64,000 nucleotides of DNA from a virus: the IMG/VR virus record IMGVR_UViG_3300005563_000004, positions 3,332-67,331 of that record; one strand, 5' to 3'. Position 1 is the stretch's first letter. Each line of letters starts with the position of its first letter. The notes beneath the pieces are model-generated. The model did no database searches. It worked only from the letters and a program-made list of their open reading frames with translations, and had not been told where the DNA came from. The position numbers were made by a program, and so were the translations under genes. Positions 16,736-26,303 of this stretch are shown here, piece after piece.

Positions 16736-18291
16736 TTGGGCGCCGTGCGTTGCTGGGTGGTGGTGCGGCGATCATTGCTGGGCCGGCGGTGGCGGAACCG
16801 TGCGGGGAGGAGGAGCGGCGTCGGCTGCTCAGGTTCGGGGATTTATTCATACCAGAGGCGTATGCGTGTGGTTCGGGTGGCAATGGCCCAGCGGCGAGCA
16901 GTGCGTTTCTGACGGCTGACTTCACGTCAGCGCAGAACTACACGGGCACGGCGACGCAGCAGGTTGTGTCGCAGCGGATGTATGGCGTTTACATGGGGTA
17001 TGGCGCCGACGCGACGAACCGTGGCGGGACGAACACGAACAGCTTTGCGGCTTACTCCAATTCGACATTTACCACGGCGATGGCGACGGCCAATCCTGGT
17101 CTGCATGTTGTGACTGGGAACACGGTGGCTGGGGCGACGCCGTTTTGGACGAATGATGGATCGGGCAATCCTACTGTGGTGAACCCGACTGCCATGGCGA
17201 ACTTGGTGAACAATTTTTTCAAAGTCGATCCGCTGGGCATATCTGGCATTTTGTTCGGCTGTAATTTCAATGCGTTTCCGCAGTTCTCGAGCACGGCTGT
17301 TTATGCGCAGGCTCAAGGGAACATGGCTGCGTGGTGGAACAATGGCGGTGCTGGGCGAGTGATGCCGAACGGCAAGTCTGTGCCGTTCATTGGGTGCATT
17401 GGGCACAATGAGCCGGACAGCTTCGGGCCGACGACCACGGCGAGCTATTACAGCGCGATGACCTCGGCGGTGAAGGCGGTCAGCTCGAGCTATGTTGTGT
17501 CGGGGCCGGTGTGGTCGTTTTATCAGGGTGCGAACACCAAGAGCTTTTTGACGGCGTGCAGTCCGAAGCCTGATGGCGTGACGTGGGATGCGTTCAATGA
17601 CGGGAATGGCAGCAGTACGCCGCTGGGTCCCCCGATGTACACCAGTCCGACGTATGCGCAGCAGTGGATGTCGCCGGGGATCAGCAATCTTTTCGCGACT
17701 GATATGCCGGCTGGATACACGCCGACATCGGTCATGGTTGCGGGCAATGTGGGGTTTAATGGCAACCGGCCGGACATGTGGTCGATCGACGCGGTGACGT
17801 GGCTGGCGGTCAATCAGTTCAACAATTTGAGTGCTTGCAAGTGCCCGATGTGGCTGGCGATTTGGGATGATGGTGGGCAGGCGTTCAATGGCGTGATTGC
17901 TGACAACAATGGCAATGGCACTTCGATCCAGACGACGCCGATTGCGTATTACATGGGGGCTGGCGTTCGGAATGTGTTTGGGTCGCGGTGGAGTGTTCCG
18001 ACCAATCCGAATGGGTTGAAGGTGATTGCGACGACGCCTGCGTCGGGGCGGTTTGGCATGACGATCGTCAATCCTGGGCTGGGCGCCAAGAGCGGGACGG
18101 TGGCGTTGAGCCATGTTCCGCTTGGGGCGTCGCTGAATGCGCAGGGGAATGGGACGGTAAACATGTGGCAGATGACCTCCTCGGTGCAGACGCCTGGTGT
18201 GGATGGGACGCGCACGACGGTCAATGTGACGGGTGGGGTTACGACGAGCATCAGCTTTCCTGATCCGTCGGTTACGATCTTGTACACGTAG
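16732..18291 (+). CDS. Tat-signal clan GH-A-like glycoside hydrolase (GH39/51-like barrel plus beta domain)
   Basis: RRALL signal; GHNEPD acid/base motif; Y....AVKAV....VSGP; C-terminal PxSVTIL. Confidence 0.6.
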   Translation: MIGRRALLGGGAAIIAGPAVAEPCGEEERRRLLRFGDLFIPEAYACGSGGNGPAASSAFLTADFTSAQNYTGTATQQVVSQRMYGVYMGYGADATNRGGTNTNSFAAYSNSTFTTAMATANPGLHVVTGNTVAGATPFWTNDGSGNPTVVNPTAMANLVNNFFKVDPLGISGILFGCNFNAFPQFSSTAVYAQAQGNMAAWWNNGGAGRVMPNGKSVPFIGCIGHNEPDSFGPTTTASYYSAMTSAVKAVSSSYVVSGPVWSFYQGANTKSFLTACSPKPDGVTWDAFNDGNGSSTPLGPPMYTSPTYAQQWMSPGISNLFATDMPAGYTPTSVMVAGNVGFNGNRPDMWSIDAVTWLAVNQFNNLSACKCPMWLAIWDDGGQAFNGVIADNNGNGTSIQTTPIAYYMGAGVRNVFGSRWSVPTNPNGLKVIATTPASGRFGMTIVNPGLGAKSGTVALSHVPLGASLNAQGNGTVNMWQMTSSVQTPGVDGTRTTVNVTGGVTTSISFPDPSVTILYT

Positions 18292-18298
18292 GGGTGTG

Positions 18299-18526
18299 AT
18301 GACAGACGAACAGGCTGACGCGATGCCGGACGTGCCGAATGTTCCGCCTTCGCCGGACGCGGAGCCGCCGCTGACGGAGCACGAGCAGCGGATGGGCGAG
18401 GCATATGTTTATGGCAAGCGGGCGGGGCTGCAGGGCGCTCCGCTGCGAAATCCATATTTTGCCAAGGCGGATGAGGGATACGCCTATCGGTCAGGACATG
18501 TAGACGGAATGACACAGCGGCGCTAG
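18299..18526 (+). CDS. ribosome modulation factor (RMF)-like small protein
   Basis: AYVYGKRAGLQG....NPY.......YRSGHVDG resembles the RMF pattern A...GY.AG..G.....CPY......W..GW. Confidence 0.45.
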   Translation: MTDEQADAMPDVPNVPPSPDAEPPLTEHEQRMGEAYVYGKRAGLQGAPLRNPYFAKADEGYAYRSGHVDGMTQRR

Positions 18527-18551
18527 AAGGACAAAAAATTGGAGGCTTTCA

Positions 18552-18791
18552 ATGCCTGCGCGCGCGATGCTGTTACTTGCGGTTCTTCTGTCGGGATGCA
18601 CACCTTATGCACAGAGGGTTTCTAGCTTCTGCCGTCAGTTGGGAGCCACGCCTGGATCGCAGCACTACTGGGATTGCGTTCATCAGCAGATGGCGATTGA
18701 CCAGCGGGACCGGGCGATGTGGGCGGGCACGACTGCGGTGGGGGCGCAGTTAATGCAGGGGCCGCCCAATGTTTACGTATATGGCCGGTAG
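18552..18791 (+). CDS. small lipoprotein
   Basis: Lipobox LLSGC; C..LG..PGS..Y.DC. Confidence 0.7.
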   Translation: MPARAMLLLAVLLSGCTPYAQRVSSFCRQLGATPGSQHYWDCVHQQMAIDQRDRAMWAGTTAVGAQLMQGPPNVYVYGR

Positions 18792-18912
18792 ACCGATGTG
18801 CGACAAAATTTCCATGGCGCTGGCGTCGCAGGCTTTGTCTGCGCTGTCGATCAACGATTTCAAGGGCGCGTGGCGCCTGGCGGACGAGCTGAAGCGTCGG
18901 TGGGCGCGTGAG

Positions 18913-19212
18913 CTAGTGGAACCAGATCCGAAGCAGCTCGACCACAAGGGTGACGACGAAGCCGATGGCGGCGACGCCCCCAAGAAGCTGCGCTTTCAGG
19001 CTGTTTAGCTTCTCCACCTTGGCGTCTAATTTTTCCAACTTCGCGTTGGTTTCCGTTTGCTCCTTCACCATCCGCGTGACATGCGTATCGTTGACGGCCA
19101 CCTGCAGCGCCATGGTGTCGACTTTGTCGTCTACTTTCTCCACGTGCTCATGTAGGCGAGCCACGTCGTCGCGCAGGCTGACGGCCATCTGGTGTTGCAT
19201 AGAGCCAGACAT
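18913..19212 (-). CDS. coiled-coil protein with C-terminal TM helix (XhlA/holin-accessory-like)
   Basis: AAGGAG SD; heptad pattern followed by LLGGVAAIGFVVTLVV. Confidence 0.6.
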   Translation of the reverse strand: MSGSMQHQMAVSLRDDVARLHEHVEKVDDKVDTMALQVAVNDTHVTRMVKEQTETNAKLEKLDAKVEKLNSLKAQLLGGVAAIGFVVTLVVELLRIWFH

Positions 19213-19295
19213 GGCCAACTCTCCTTAAGTCATCTTGGTGCCCCGCTCGGTTGTATCAGTTGCGGATGGTATCGGGGTAGGGATAAGACCGGAGG

Positions 19296-21041
19296 GTGAT
19301 CGACCTCCAATTCCTGGTTGATGCCATTCGGGACGGCGAACTGGACGAAGACTTAGGGCGCTCGCTGCACGAGAGCCTGACCCAGTGCCGGTTGGACGAT
19401 GAGCGGGCGATCTGCGAGGGATCGCTTTACGAGTATCTGGTGCGGGCCTGGCCGGCGTTTGACCCGGCGCCGTTTGTTGGTGGCCGGCATGTGCAGGCGC
19501 TGTGCGAGCATTTGGAGGCGGTGAGCAGGGGCGAGATCCGCCGGCTGATTGCCAATGTGCCGCCAAGACATTGCAAGACCAGTATTGTTGCGATCGCCTG
19601 GGCGACGTGGACATGGGCGCTGGCGCCGGACGCGGAGTATCCGCTGATGGGGCCTGGCGTGCGGTTTTTGTGCGCGAGCTACGGGGCGAAGAAAGCGGAG
19701 GAGGATGCGGTCACCGCGCGGCGGTTGATTGCGTCGCCCTGGTATCAGCGGCTGTGGGGCGATCGGTTGGTGATCGCCAAGGACCGCGACAATTCCGGGC
19801 AGTATGACACGACGGCCGGCGGCTCGCGGATCAGCACTGGTATTCCTGAGAGCTTGGGGAAGGGCGGGATCATCAAGATCCTGGACGATCCGCACAAGAC
19901 GACTGAGGTGGAGAGTCAGGCGGTCGTTGAGAGCCAGGTGCGGGCTTACAACGAGGTGTGGCGGACGCGGTCGAACGATCCGACGAAGGGCGCCGAGGTT
20001 CTGATCATGCAGCGCCAGGCGGAGGGTGATCTGTCGGGATATCTGCTGGACAACGACGGGGCGGAGATCGTGCATCTTTGCTTGCCGGCGCTGTTCGAGG
20101 AGGACCGGCGGTGTGTGACGGCGACGGGTGGCTGGTGGATCAATGCGTGGGGCCAGCGGCTTGCGCGCACGCGATATGAGTTTGCGGACTGGCGCGAGGA
20201 GGATGGCGAGCCGCTGTGGCCGGAGCGGTTTTCGGTCGAGTGGTATGAGACGCAGGCGAAGTCGGTCGGCGAGTTTGGATTTGCCGGGCAGTATCAGCAG
20301 CGGCCTGCGCCGCGCGGCGGCGGCATTGTGCGGCGGGAATGGTGGCAGCTGTGGCCGCCGACTGGCGAGGAGGACAAGTGGCGCCGGCTGGTGGTCGATG
20401 AGGAGACCGGGCGGCAGTACTACATCGCCACTTGGCCGTCATGGGAGTTAACCATCGGTTATATAGATACGGCGTTCACCGAGAAGGAGGAGAACGCTTA
20501 CTGCGCGATGACGACTTGGGGCGTGTTTGCGGACAGTGGCGGGCGGCCGAAGGTAGCGATGACGGGTGCGTGGCGTGACCGGCCGACGCTGAAGGCGTTG
20601 GCGACGCGGATCTTGGACACGGCGCGGCGGCGGAAGCTGGACATTGTGGTGCTGGAGAACAAGGCGGGCGCCAACTGGGTGCAGTTGGAGCTGCAGCGGC
20701 TGATGAATCCGGGGGAATTTCGGATCGATCTGGACAATCAGACCGGGTTTGCGAAGGGATCGCGCGACAAGGTGTCGCGGCTGCATTCGGTGTCGGCGTT
20801 GTTCGAGGGTGGCGTGATCCATGCGCCGGACACGACCTGGTCGGAGATGGTGATCGCCGAGGTGTCGCAGTTTCCCAAGGGGCGGTGGAAGGATCTGACG
20901 GACACAGTGAGTGGCGCGCTCGGGTATTTGCGGCAGTTCGGGCTGATCAAGTTGGCGGATGAGCACGAGCGCGACGAATTTGAGTTGCGCAAGTTCCGCG
21001 GCCGGCGGATTTCGGTAGCAGAGCGGTACGGCGTCGGCTAG
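19296..21041 (+). CDS. terL: terminase large subunit
   Basis: RRLIANVPPRHCKTS, ILDDPH, VLIMQR, FAGQYQQRP, IDTAFTEK, VLENKA.G, DKVSR, FP.G...DLTD. Confidence 0.95.
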   Translation: MIDLQFLVDAIRDGELDEDLGRSLHESLTQCRLDDERAICEGSLYEYLVRAWPAFDPAPFVGGRHVQALCEHLEAVSRGEIRRLIANVPPRHCKTSIVAIAWATWTWALAPDAEYPLMGPGVRFLCASYGAKKAEEDAVTARRLIASPWYQRLWGDRLVIAKDRDNSGQYDTTAGGSRISTGIPESLGKGGIIKILDDPHKTTEVESQAVVESQVRAYNEVWRTRSNDPTKGAEVLIMQRQAEGDLSGYLLDNDGAEIVHLCLPALFEEDRRCVTATGGWWINAWGQRLARTRYEFADWREEDGEPLWPERFSVEWYETQAKSVGEFGFAGQYQQRPAPRGGGIVRREWWQLWPPTGEEDKWRRLVVDEETGRQYYIATWPSWELTIGYIDTAFTEKEENAYCAMTTWGVFADSGGRPKVAMTGAWRDRPTLKALATRILDTARRRKLDIVVLENKAGANWVQLELQRLMNPGEFRIDLDNQTGFAKGSRDKVSRLHSVSALFEGGVIHAPDTTWSEMVIAEVSQFPKGRWKDLTDTVSGALGYLRQFGLIKLADEHERDEFELRKFRGRRISVAERYGVG

Positions 21042-21050
21042 AAGCCGCGC

Positions 21051-21419
21051 GTGTCTCGCGCGTTGCGGATCTTTGTTCTTTGCCTGCTGCCGGTGTCTGC
21101 AATAGCTGCTCCGCCGCCGGGCACCGATCTTTCCAGTCCCACACACCAATGGTTCGAGCGGCAGACCGCGCATCAAGGCAGCGTGCCGTGCTGCAGTGAA
21201 GCAGATGGCGTCGTGCTGAACGAAGAAGAATGGCGCACCTACAATGGTGTTTACCAGGTGTTAATAGAAAATAGATGGTGGGACGTTCCTCGGGGAGCGA
21301 TCGTTGATCCAGGGAACGGCGCCAATCCGATCGGCAAGCCGATTGTCTGGTATCGGCACCTCGATGGCTATGAAGGCGCCCCCACAATCGACTGCTTTGC
21401 GTCGGGCACAATGGGCTAA
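21051..21419 (+). CDS. secreted Cys-containing hypothetical protein
   Basis: Signal peptide ending AIA; WF...PCCSEADG...NPIG..IVWY...CF..G. Confidence 0.7.
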   Translation: MSRALRIFVLCLLPVSAIAAPPPGTDLSSPTHQWFERQTAHQGSVPCCSEADGVVLNEEEWRTYNGVYQVLIENRWWDVPRGAIVDPGNGANPIGKPIVWYRHLDGYEGAPTIDCFASGTMG

Positions 21420-21434
21420 CAGGTTGTTAGAATC

Positions 21435-22052
21435 ATGAGTAGTAAAATGCTTCACGTGAAACTTGTTGCTGCTGCACTGATCGTGCTTCCTGCGACGGCG
21501 TTCGCCTGGAACCAAGATCAGTCACAGAACGCGGTGGCGAAGCAGAACCAAGCACAAATGCAGCATCAGGTGCAGCGCCAGGGCCAGAAACTGGTGAATG
21601 CGCCTACCACAAACGTCACCGTCACTGCGCCCGGCGGTGGCGTGGGCGGTGCAGCGCCTCCCGCTGCACCGTCCGTCAATTTCGCAGCGCCGGCATGGTC
21701 GCTGCCTTCGGTCGGTGCGTCCGGCATGGACTGTCCGACTGTGGGGTTAAGTGCCGGCGGCAGCGGGCCGATTGGTGGTGGCGGAATTGGGCCGTCGTGG
21801 ATCAGCCCCGACTGCAACGCGCGCAAGCTGGCGGAGCTGCTTTACAACATGGGCCATCCCGACATCGCCATGAAGGTGCTGGCAGATCAGTACCCGGTGG
21901 TGCGCGCAGCGGTGCCGGATGCGGCACCAGTATCGCCACCGCCAAAGCCGCTCACTGCGAATTTTAGTGACCGAGCCGCGTGGTGCAGTGCTACAGCTTT
22001 CAACAGATGGAGCCGCGCTGAGCAAGCGCGCCATCCCGAATGCAGGAACTAA
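21435..22052 (+). CDS. secreted hypothetical protein
   Basis: Signal peptide ending AFA; DC...G.S....C..RKLA. Confidence 0.7.
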   Translation: MSSKMLHVKLVAAALIVLPATAFAWNQDQSQNAVAKQNQAQMQHQVQRQGQKLVNAPTTNVTVTAPGGGVGGAAPPAAPSVNFAAPAWSLPSVGASGMDCPTVGLSAGGSGPIGGGGIGPSWISPDCNARKLAELLYNMGHPDIAMKVLADQYPVVRAAVPDAAPVSPPPKPLTANFSDRAAWCSATAFNRWSRAEQARHPECRN

Positions 22053-22067
22053 GGGGAGTTCGGGCAA

Positions 22068-22451
22068 ATGGCCGATGATATCAATGCCGCGCGGCGCACT
22101 GAGCTGAACAATCAGATGACGATCATCGCGCCGCAGATCCGTGGTCTCGACGACTTGGCGAGGACTTCGGTCTCTCCCGATCTGGCGGCCAAGTTGACGG
22201 CGCAGAGCGATATTATTAAGCGACGCCGCGACCTGATCCAGGCCGAACTGACCGGCATGGACAATGTAAACTCGCTGCATGCGTCGCTCGTGTCTGACGG
22301 ATATCCCGATCTGCCGCCAGCATCGGTGATCGATTCGCTGCTTGCTGAGCTGCGCGAGGAGCTGTCCGATATTCAGTCGGCCGTTGCCGTCTTCCAGACT
22401 GAGGCGACCAGTTTGAAGATCGCCCTCGGCACACCCACATCGAAGTCGTAA
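22068..22451 (+). CDS. coiled-coil hypothetical protein
   Basis: AAGGGGAG SD. Confidence 0.65.
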   Translation: MADDINAARRTELNNQMTIIAPQIRGLDDLARTSVSPDLAAKLTAQSDIIKRRRDLIQAELTGMDNVNSLHASLVSDGYPDLPPASVIDSLLAELREELSDIQSAVAVFQTEATSLKIALGTPTSKS

Positions 22452-22506
22452 GAGTAACGACCGTGGCTCCTTCGGGTTAAGGGGCGCTTTCCTAAGAGGA
22501 TCACAC

Positions 22507-22842
22507 ATGGCTGACCTGCTAACCTCTCAAGAGTTTCCTTCGGTCACTCTTTCCATCACCAACGCCGCAGGCCAGCCGGCGCCGGTTGATGGCGTCCCCG
22601 TATGGGCAACATCTGACGCGACGATCGTTTCCGTCGTTGCTGCGGCTGATGGCATGAGTGCTGTTGTCGCTGCTGTTGCGCCCGGCGGCCCGGCCCGCAT
22701 CACCGTCACGGCCGATGCCGATCTTGGCGCCGGGACGCTGACAATTACTGGCGTGTCGGAAGACATCAACGTTACTCAGGACCCGAACCAGCAAGCATCG
22801 GTGATGACGCTGACCCTCGGCACTCCTGCGCCGAAGGCATAG
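22507..22842 (+). CDS. Ig-like (Big_2-type) protein
   Basis: WATSDATIVSV....DGMSA.V.....G.A.ITVTAD. Confidence 0.7.
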   Translation: MADLLTSQEFPSVTLSITNAAGQPAPVDGVPVWATSDATIVSVVAAADGMSAVVAAVAPGGPARITVTADADLGAGTLTITGVSEDINVTQDPNQQASVMTLTLGTPAPKA

Positions 22843-22849
22843 GACGCTT

Positions 22850-22877
22850 CCCTCCCTGCGCTTCGGCGCGGGGAGGG
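22850..22877 (+). terminator. GC stem with cUUCGg loop after the Ig-like gene (no U-tract)
   Basis: CCCTCCCTGCG-CTTCGG-CGCGGGAGGG. Confidence 0.4.
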
Positions 22878-23063
22878 CGCACCATGATCCAGATCACTCC
22901 CGGCGGAGTTGCGTTCCTCGCGCTGTATCAGCTGAGCGGCGTGCTGTTCTATTTCGGGGTGGTGTCTGTTTCGCTGCTGGCCGTGGTGGTGCTAGCGCCA
23001 CGATGAACGGCTGTGTAATAAAGTGCCGCCCAGCGTCTGGGTCTTCCTCCTGACAGGAGACCT

Positions 23064-25352
23064 ATGCCGCCGCTCGACTCCATGTCCGATGGGACCATTC
23101 GCCAGCCAGGCCCACCGCCCGAGCCGGGTGTTGCGCCGTGGGTTGGGTGGATGGAGCAAAGCAAGCCGCCACCAGGCTCCACGATTGTCGAGGTAGACGA
23201 CGACGGCGGTGTGCGCGTTGTCGAGATAGGGGCCGATCCGGCGCCGTCGCGCGACGAGGGGTTCGATGAGAACCTGGCCGAGCGGGAGGAACTGGACGGC
23301 CGGCTTTACGAGATCGCACACGACATTCTGGAAGGCATCGAGGCCGATCTGAAGTCTCGCGAGCAGTTCGTCGCGAACTATACGCGCGGGCTGGAACTAC
23401 TCGGCCTGACCGTGGAGATGCCCGGTCAGTCGAAAGCGGAAGGCAAAAAGTCGGGGCAGAGTGTTTCGACGCTGCGCGATTCCACGATGCTGGAGAGTAT
23501 CGTCAAGGCGCAGTCGCAGGCGCGCGGCGAACTGCTGCCGGCGAACGGCCCGGCCAAGATTGTGCAGACCGCGGATGCCGGCGAGGACGAAGACAATCTG
23601 GCGGCGGATTTCGAAGAGGACTTCAACCTCGCGCTGACCAAGGGCATGCCGGAATACGTGCCCGATCTGGATCGCGGGCTGTTCGGGCTGTTCTACGGCG
23701 GCAACCTGTTCCGCTACGGCTACCACTGCCCGATCAAGCAGCGCCCGCGTGTGGATACGGTGGGCGTCGAGGATCTGATCGTCAGTGAGGAGGCGACCAG
23801 CCTCGACACGGCGACGCGCTGGACGATGCGCGCGGAGGTTTCGCCGAGCGAAGTCAAGCGCAAGATGTTCTACGGTGTGTGGCGCGACTGCGATCTTGGC
23901 GTGTCGATGCCGCAGACTGATCAGATCGAGCAGAAGAAAGACCAGATCGCCGGCATCACGTCGGTGTCGCAGCGTCCGCAGGATCAGCCGTTCCTGGTCT
24001 ACTCGACCGTCACTGATCTTGATCTGGCGATGTATGGGCTGAAGGAGCCTGGGGCGCCGAAGGGATTGGCGCTGCCGTACCGGGTGACGATCGAGCGCTA
24101 TTCGCGGCAGGTGTTGCGGATCGAGCGGTTCTGGAAGCAGGGCGACAAGCGGTTCGCGCGCAAGCGGCGCTGCGTGCATTACCAGATGGTGCCGGGCTTC
24201 GGCTTCCTGGCGTACGGGTTTCTGCATCTACAGGGCAATTCGGTGCTGACGCTGACTGCCGTTATCCGGCAGCTGGTCGAAGGCATGATGTTCGCGAACT
24301 TCCCCGGCGGCGCGAAGATCAAGGGCACGCGGATGGCGCAGAGCGACATTAACCCTTCGCCTGGGGAATGGGTCGACGTTGATGTGCCGGGTGGAACCGA
24401 CATCAGGCAGTCGATGATGGCGCTGCCGTACAAGGACATAAGCCCGGTCTCGATCCAGCTTTACGAGTTGGTGCAGCAGGCGTGTCAGCGCGTTGGCGCG
24501 GCGGCTTCGCTGGAGGTTGGCGAGGGCAGGGCGAACGTGCCAGTGGGCACGATCATGGCCATGCTCGAGGAAAAGGCCGTCGTCATGTCAGCCATCCACA
24601 AGCGGCTGCATGAGGCGATGAGCCAAGAACTGACCATGATCCGTGAACTGTTCATGGAGCGGCCGGAGGCGCTGGCGCACGTTATCCCCTCGCCGAAGCG
24701 GCAATGGGCGGCGGCGGCGGAGTTCGCGGACCTCGATCTGGTACCGGCGTCAGATCCGAACGTGCCGAGCCAGGTGCACCGCGTCATGCTGGCAACCGCG
24801 CTGGCAACGCTGGCGCAAATGCCGATGTTCACGCCGCGGCTGGATATGGACGATGTGCTGAAGCGCATTCTGCGCATGATCGGCATCAACGATACGGACA
24901 AGGTGGTGGTGCAGCCTCCGCCGCAGCAGCCGGGTGCTGATCCGGGTGCGGCGCAGGCGCAGGCATCGATCCAGGTCGCGCAGATGAAGAACCAGCAGGC
25001 TGATAAGGAAGGCCAGCGAAAGGCGGCGACTGAGCTGGAGAAATCGGCACAGCAGGACCGCAAGATGCAGGCGGAGGCGGCGAACGATGCAGCCGACCGG
25101 CAGTCCAAAGAGAAGATCGAGCTGATGAACATGGAGATTGAGCGGATGCGTCTGCAGCACGACGCCATGGCGCGGCAGCAGGAACAGCAGAACGCCCAGA
25201 TGGAGTTGGCGCAGGCCAATCAGCATCACGCCGAGGACCAGCAGATGCAGCACCACCAGATGCAGCACCAGGCAGCGCAGCAGCAGGTCCAGCAGGCGCA
25301 GAAAGCCGAGCAGGGCGGCGAGTCGCGATCGTTCGGGAGCAAGAGCATATGA
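23064..25352 (+). CDS. portal protein
   Basis: 762 aa gene between TerL and the head genes; ELLP.NGP.K, PGFGF.AYG..HL.G, EW.DVD.PG, PVGT..A..E, SAIHKRLH; Gln-rich barrel tail. Confidence 0.88.
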   Translation: MPPLDSMSDGTIRQPGPPPEPGVAPWVGWMEQSKPPPGSTIVEVDDDGGVRVVEIGADPAPSRDEGFDENLAEREELDGRLYEIAHDILEGIEADLKSREQFVANYTRGLELLGLTVEMPGQSKAEGKKSGQSVSTLRDSTMLESIVKAQSQARGELLPANGPAKIVQTADAGEDEDNLAADFEEDFNLALTKGMPEYVPDLDRGLFGLFYGGNLFRYGYHCPIKQRPRVDTVGVEDLIVSEEATSLDTATRWTMRAEVSPSEVKRKMFYGVWRDCDLGVSMPQTDQIEQKKDQIAGITSVSQRPQDQPFLVYSTVTDLDLAMYGLKEPGAPKGLALPYRVTIERYSRQVLRIERFWKQGDKRFARKRRCVHYQMVPGFGFLAYGFLHLQGNSVLTLTAVIRQLVEGMMFANFPGGAKIKGTRMAQSDINPSPGEWVDVDVPGGTDIRQSMMALPYKDISPVSIQLYELVQQACQRVGAAASLEVGEGRANVPVGTIMAMLEEKAVVMSAIHKRLHEAMSQELTMIRELFMERPEALAHVIPSPKRQWAAAAEFADLDLVPASDPNVPSQVHRVMLATALATLAQMPMFTPRLDMDDVLKRILRMIGINDTDKVVVQPPPQQPGADPGAAQAQASIQVAQMKNQQADKEGQRKAATELEKSAQQDRKMQAEAANDAADRQSKEKIELMNMEIERMRLQHDAMARQQEQQNAQMELAQANQHHAEDQQMQHHQMQHQAAQQQVQQAQKAEQGGESRSFGSKSI

Positions 25353-25506
25353 GCGAGACGCAGGAGCGCCGGGCGATCGTCTGGACGTTGCGCCCCGATG
25401 GCACGGCCGATTGCGAGGAGCACGGCCCGTTTCAGCATTATCGCGGTGGCCCGAAGGGCTGCCCAGCCTGTAAAGCCCAGCATCCGCATGCAGAGGAGCC
25501 TGACTG

Positions 25507-26121
25507 ATGGCCCATCCATACCACGAGCACCGCGCAGAGCACGTCGCCAAGGCGAACAAGATCCTCCACCGCGCGGGCCACAAGGGCTTTGCGCACGGTG
25601 GCCACGTCGATGCCGACGAAGACGCGGGCATGGTCAAGTCCGGCGTGCGCCAGCACGAGAACGACTTGCACGGCGGCAAGCATAGCAAGCTGCACCTGAA
25701 GGACGGCGGGCACGTCGAGGGCGAGCGCGGCCACCATCACATGGCGCACCGTGCGCGCGGCGGGAAGACGCACGGCGGCAAGCACACGAAGGTCAACGTG
25801 ATCATCGCTCCGCAAGGTGGCGGTGGTGGTGGTGCACCTCCGATGGCAGCACGGCCACCGATGGCTGCCGCGCCACCGCCGCGGCCACCGATGCCGCCTC
25901 CGGGTGGCGCTCCGATGGGTGGGCCGCCTCCAATGCCTCCGCCGGGCATGACGCGGCCAGGCATGGGTATGCCGGGTGCGATGCCTCCCGGTGGCATGAT
26001 GCGTGCGCGCGGCGGCAAGGTGCACATGGAAGCAGGTTCCGGCAGCGGGCCGGGCCGGTTGGAGAAGATGCACGATTACGGCAAGGGCGGCTTCAAACCG
26101 AAGGAGCGCTGCAAGGCGTGA
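25507..26121 (+). CDS. His/Pro/Gly-rich disordered protein with xxGG repeats
   Basis: GAGGAG SD; FAHGG, LKDGG, RARGG twice, GSGSG.GRLEK. Confidence 0.8.
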   Translation: MAHPYHEHRAEHVAKANKILHRAGHKGFAHGGHVDADEDAGMVKSGVRQHENDLHGGKHSKLHLKDGGHVEGERGHHHMAHRARGGKTHGGKHTKVNVIIAPQGGGGGGAPPMAARPPMAAAPPPRPPMPPPGGAPMGGPPPMPPPGMTRPGMGMPGAMPPGGMMRARGGKVHMEAGSGSGPGRLEKMHDYGKGGFKPKERCKA

Positions 26122-26303
26122 ACCGTCTAATAGAGATCGACAAGTGGACTGCTGGTCGCGACAAGATCCAGCAAGAAATCGACCGCCGCATGATGGGTTT
26201 ACTTCATGTAAACACCATAGAACAGTTGGAGAGGCAAAAGGGTTACATTGAGGGATTGAAACGCGCTATCGACGCGGTCGATTCACCAAATGAGGACCAT
26301 TGA
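26118..26303 (+). CDS. small head-region protein
   Basis: GYIEGL..A; overlap-coupled on both sides. Confidence 0.6.
   Translation: MNRLIEIDKWTAGRDKIQQEIDRRMMGLLHVNTIEQLERQKGYIEGLKRAIDAVDSPNEDH

Noticed and set aside
16927-18114. Long antisense ORFs (also 33670-34896, 55534-56697, 47643-48602, 61230-62219)
   Set aside because: These are shadow frames of high-GC coding genes: Arg/His-rich, without motifs or SD, and opposite well-supported genes.
19296-21041. Intein or intron in the terminase
   Set aside because: Length is ordinary, there are only short insertions, and no intein C-terminal HN-C/S/T or LAGLIDADG motifs were seen.
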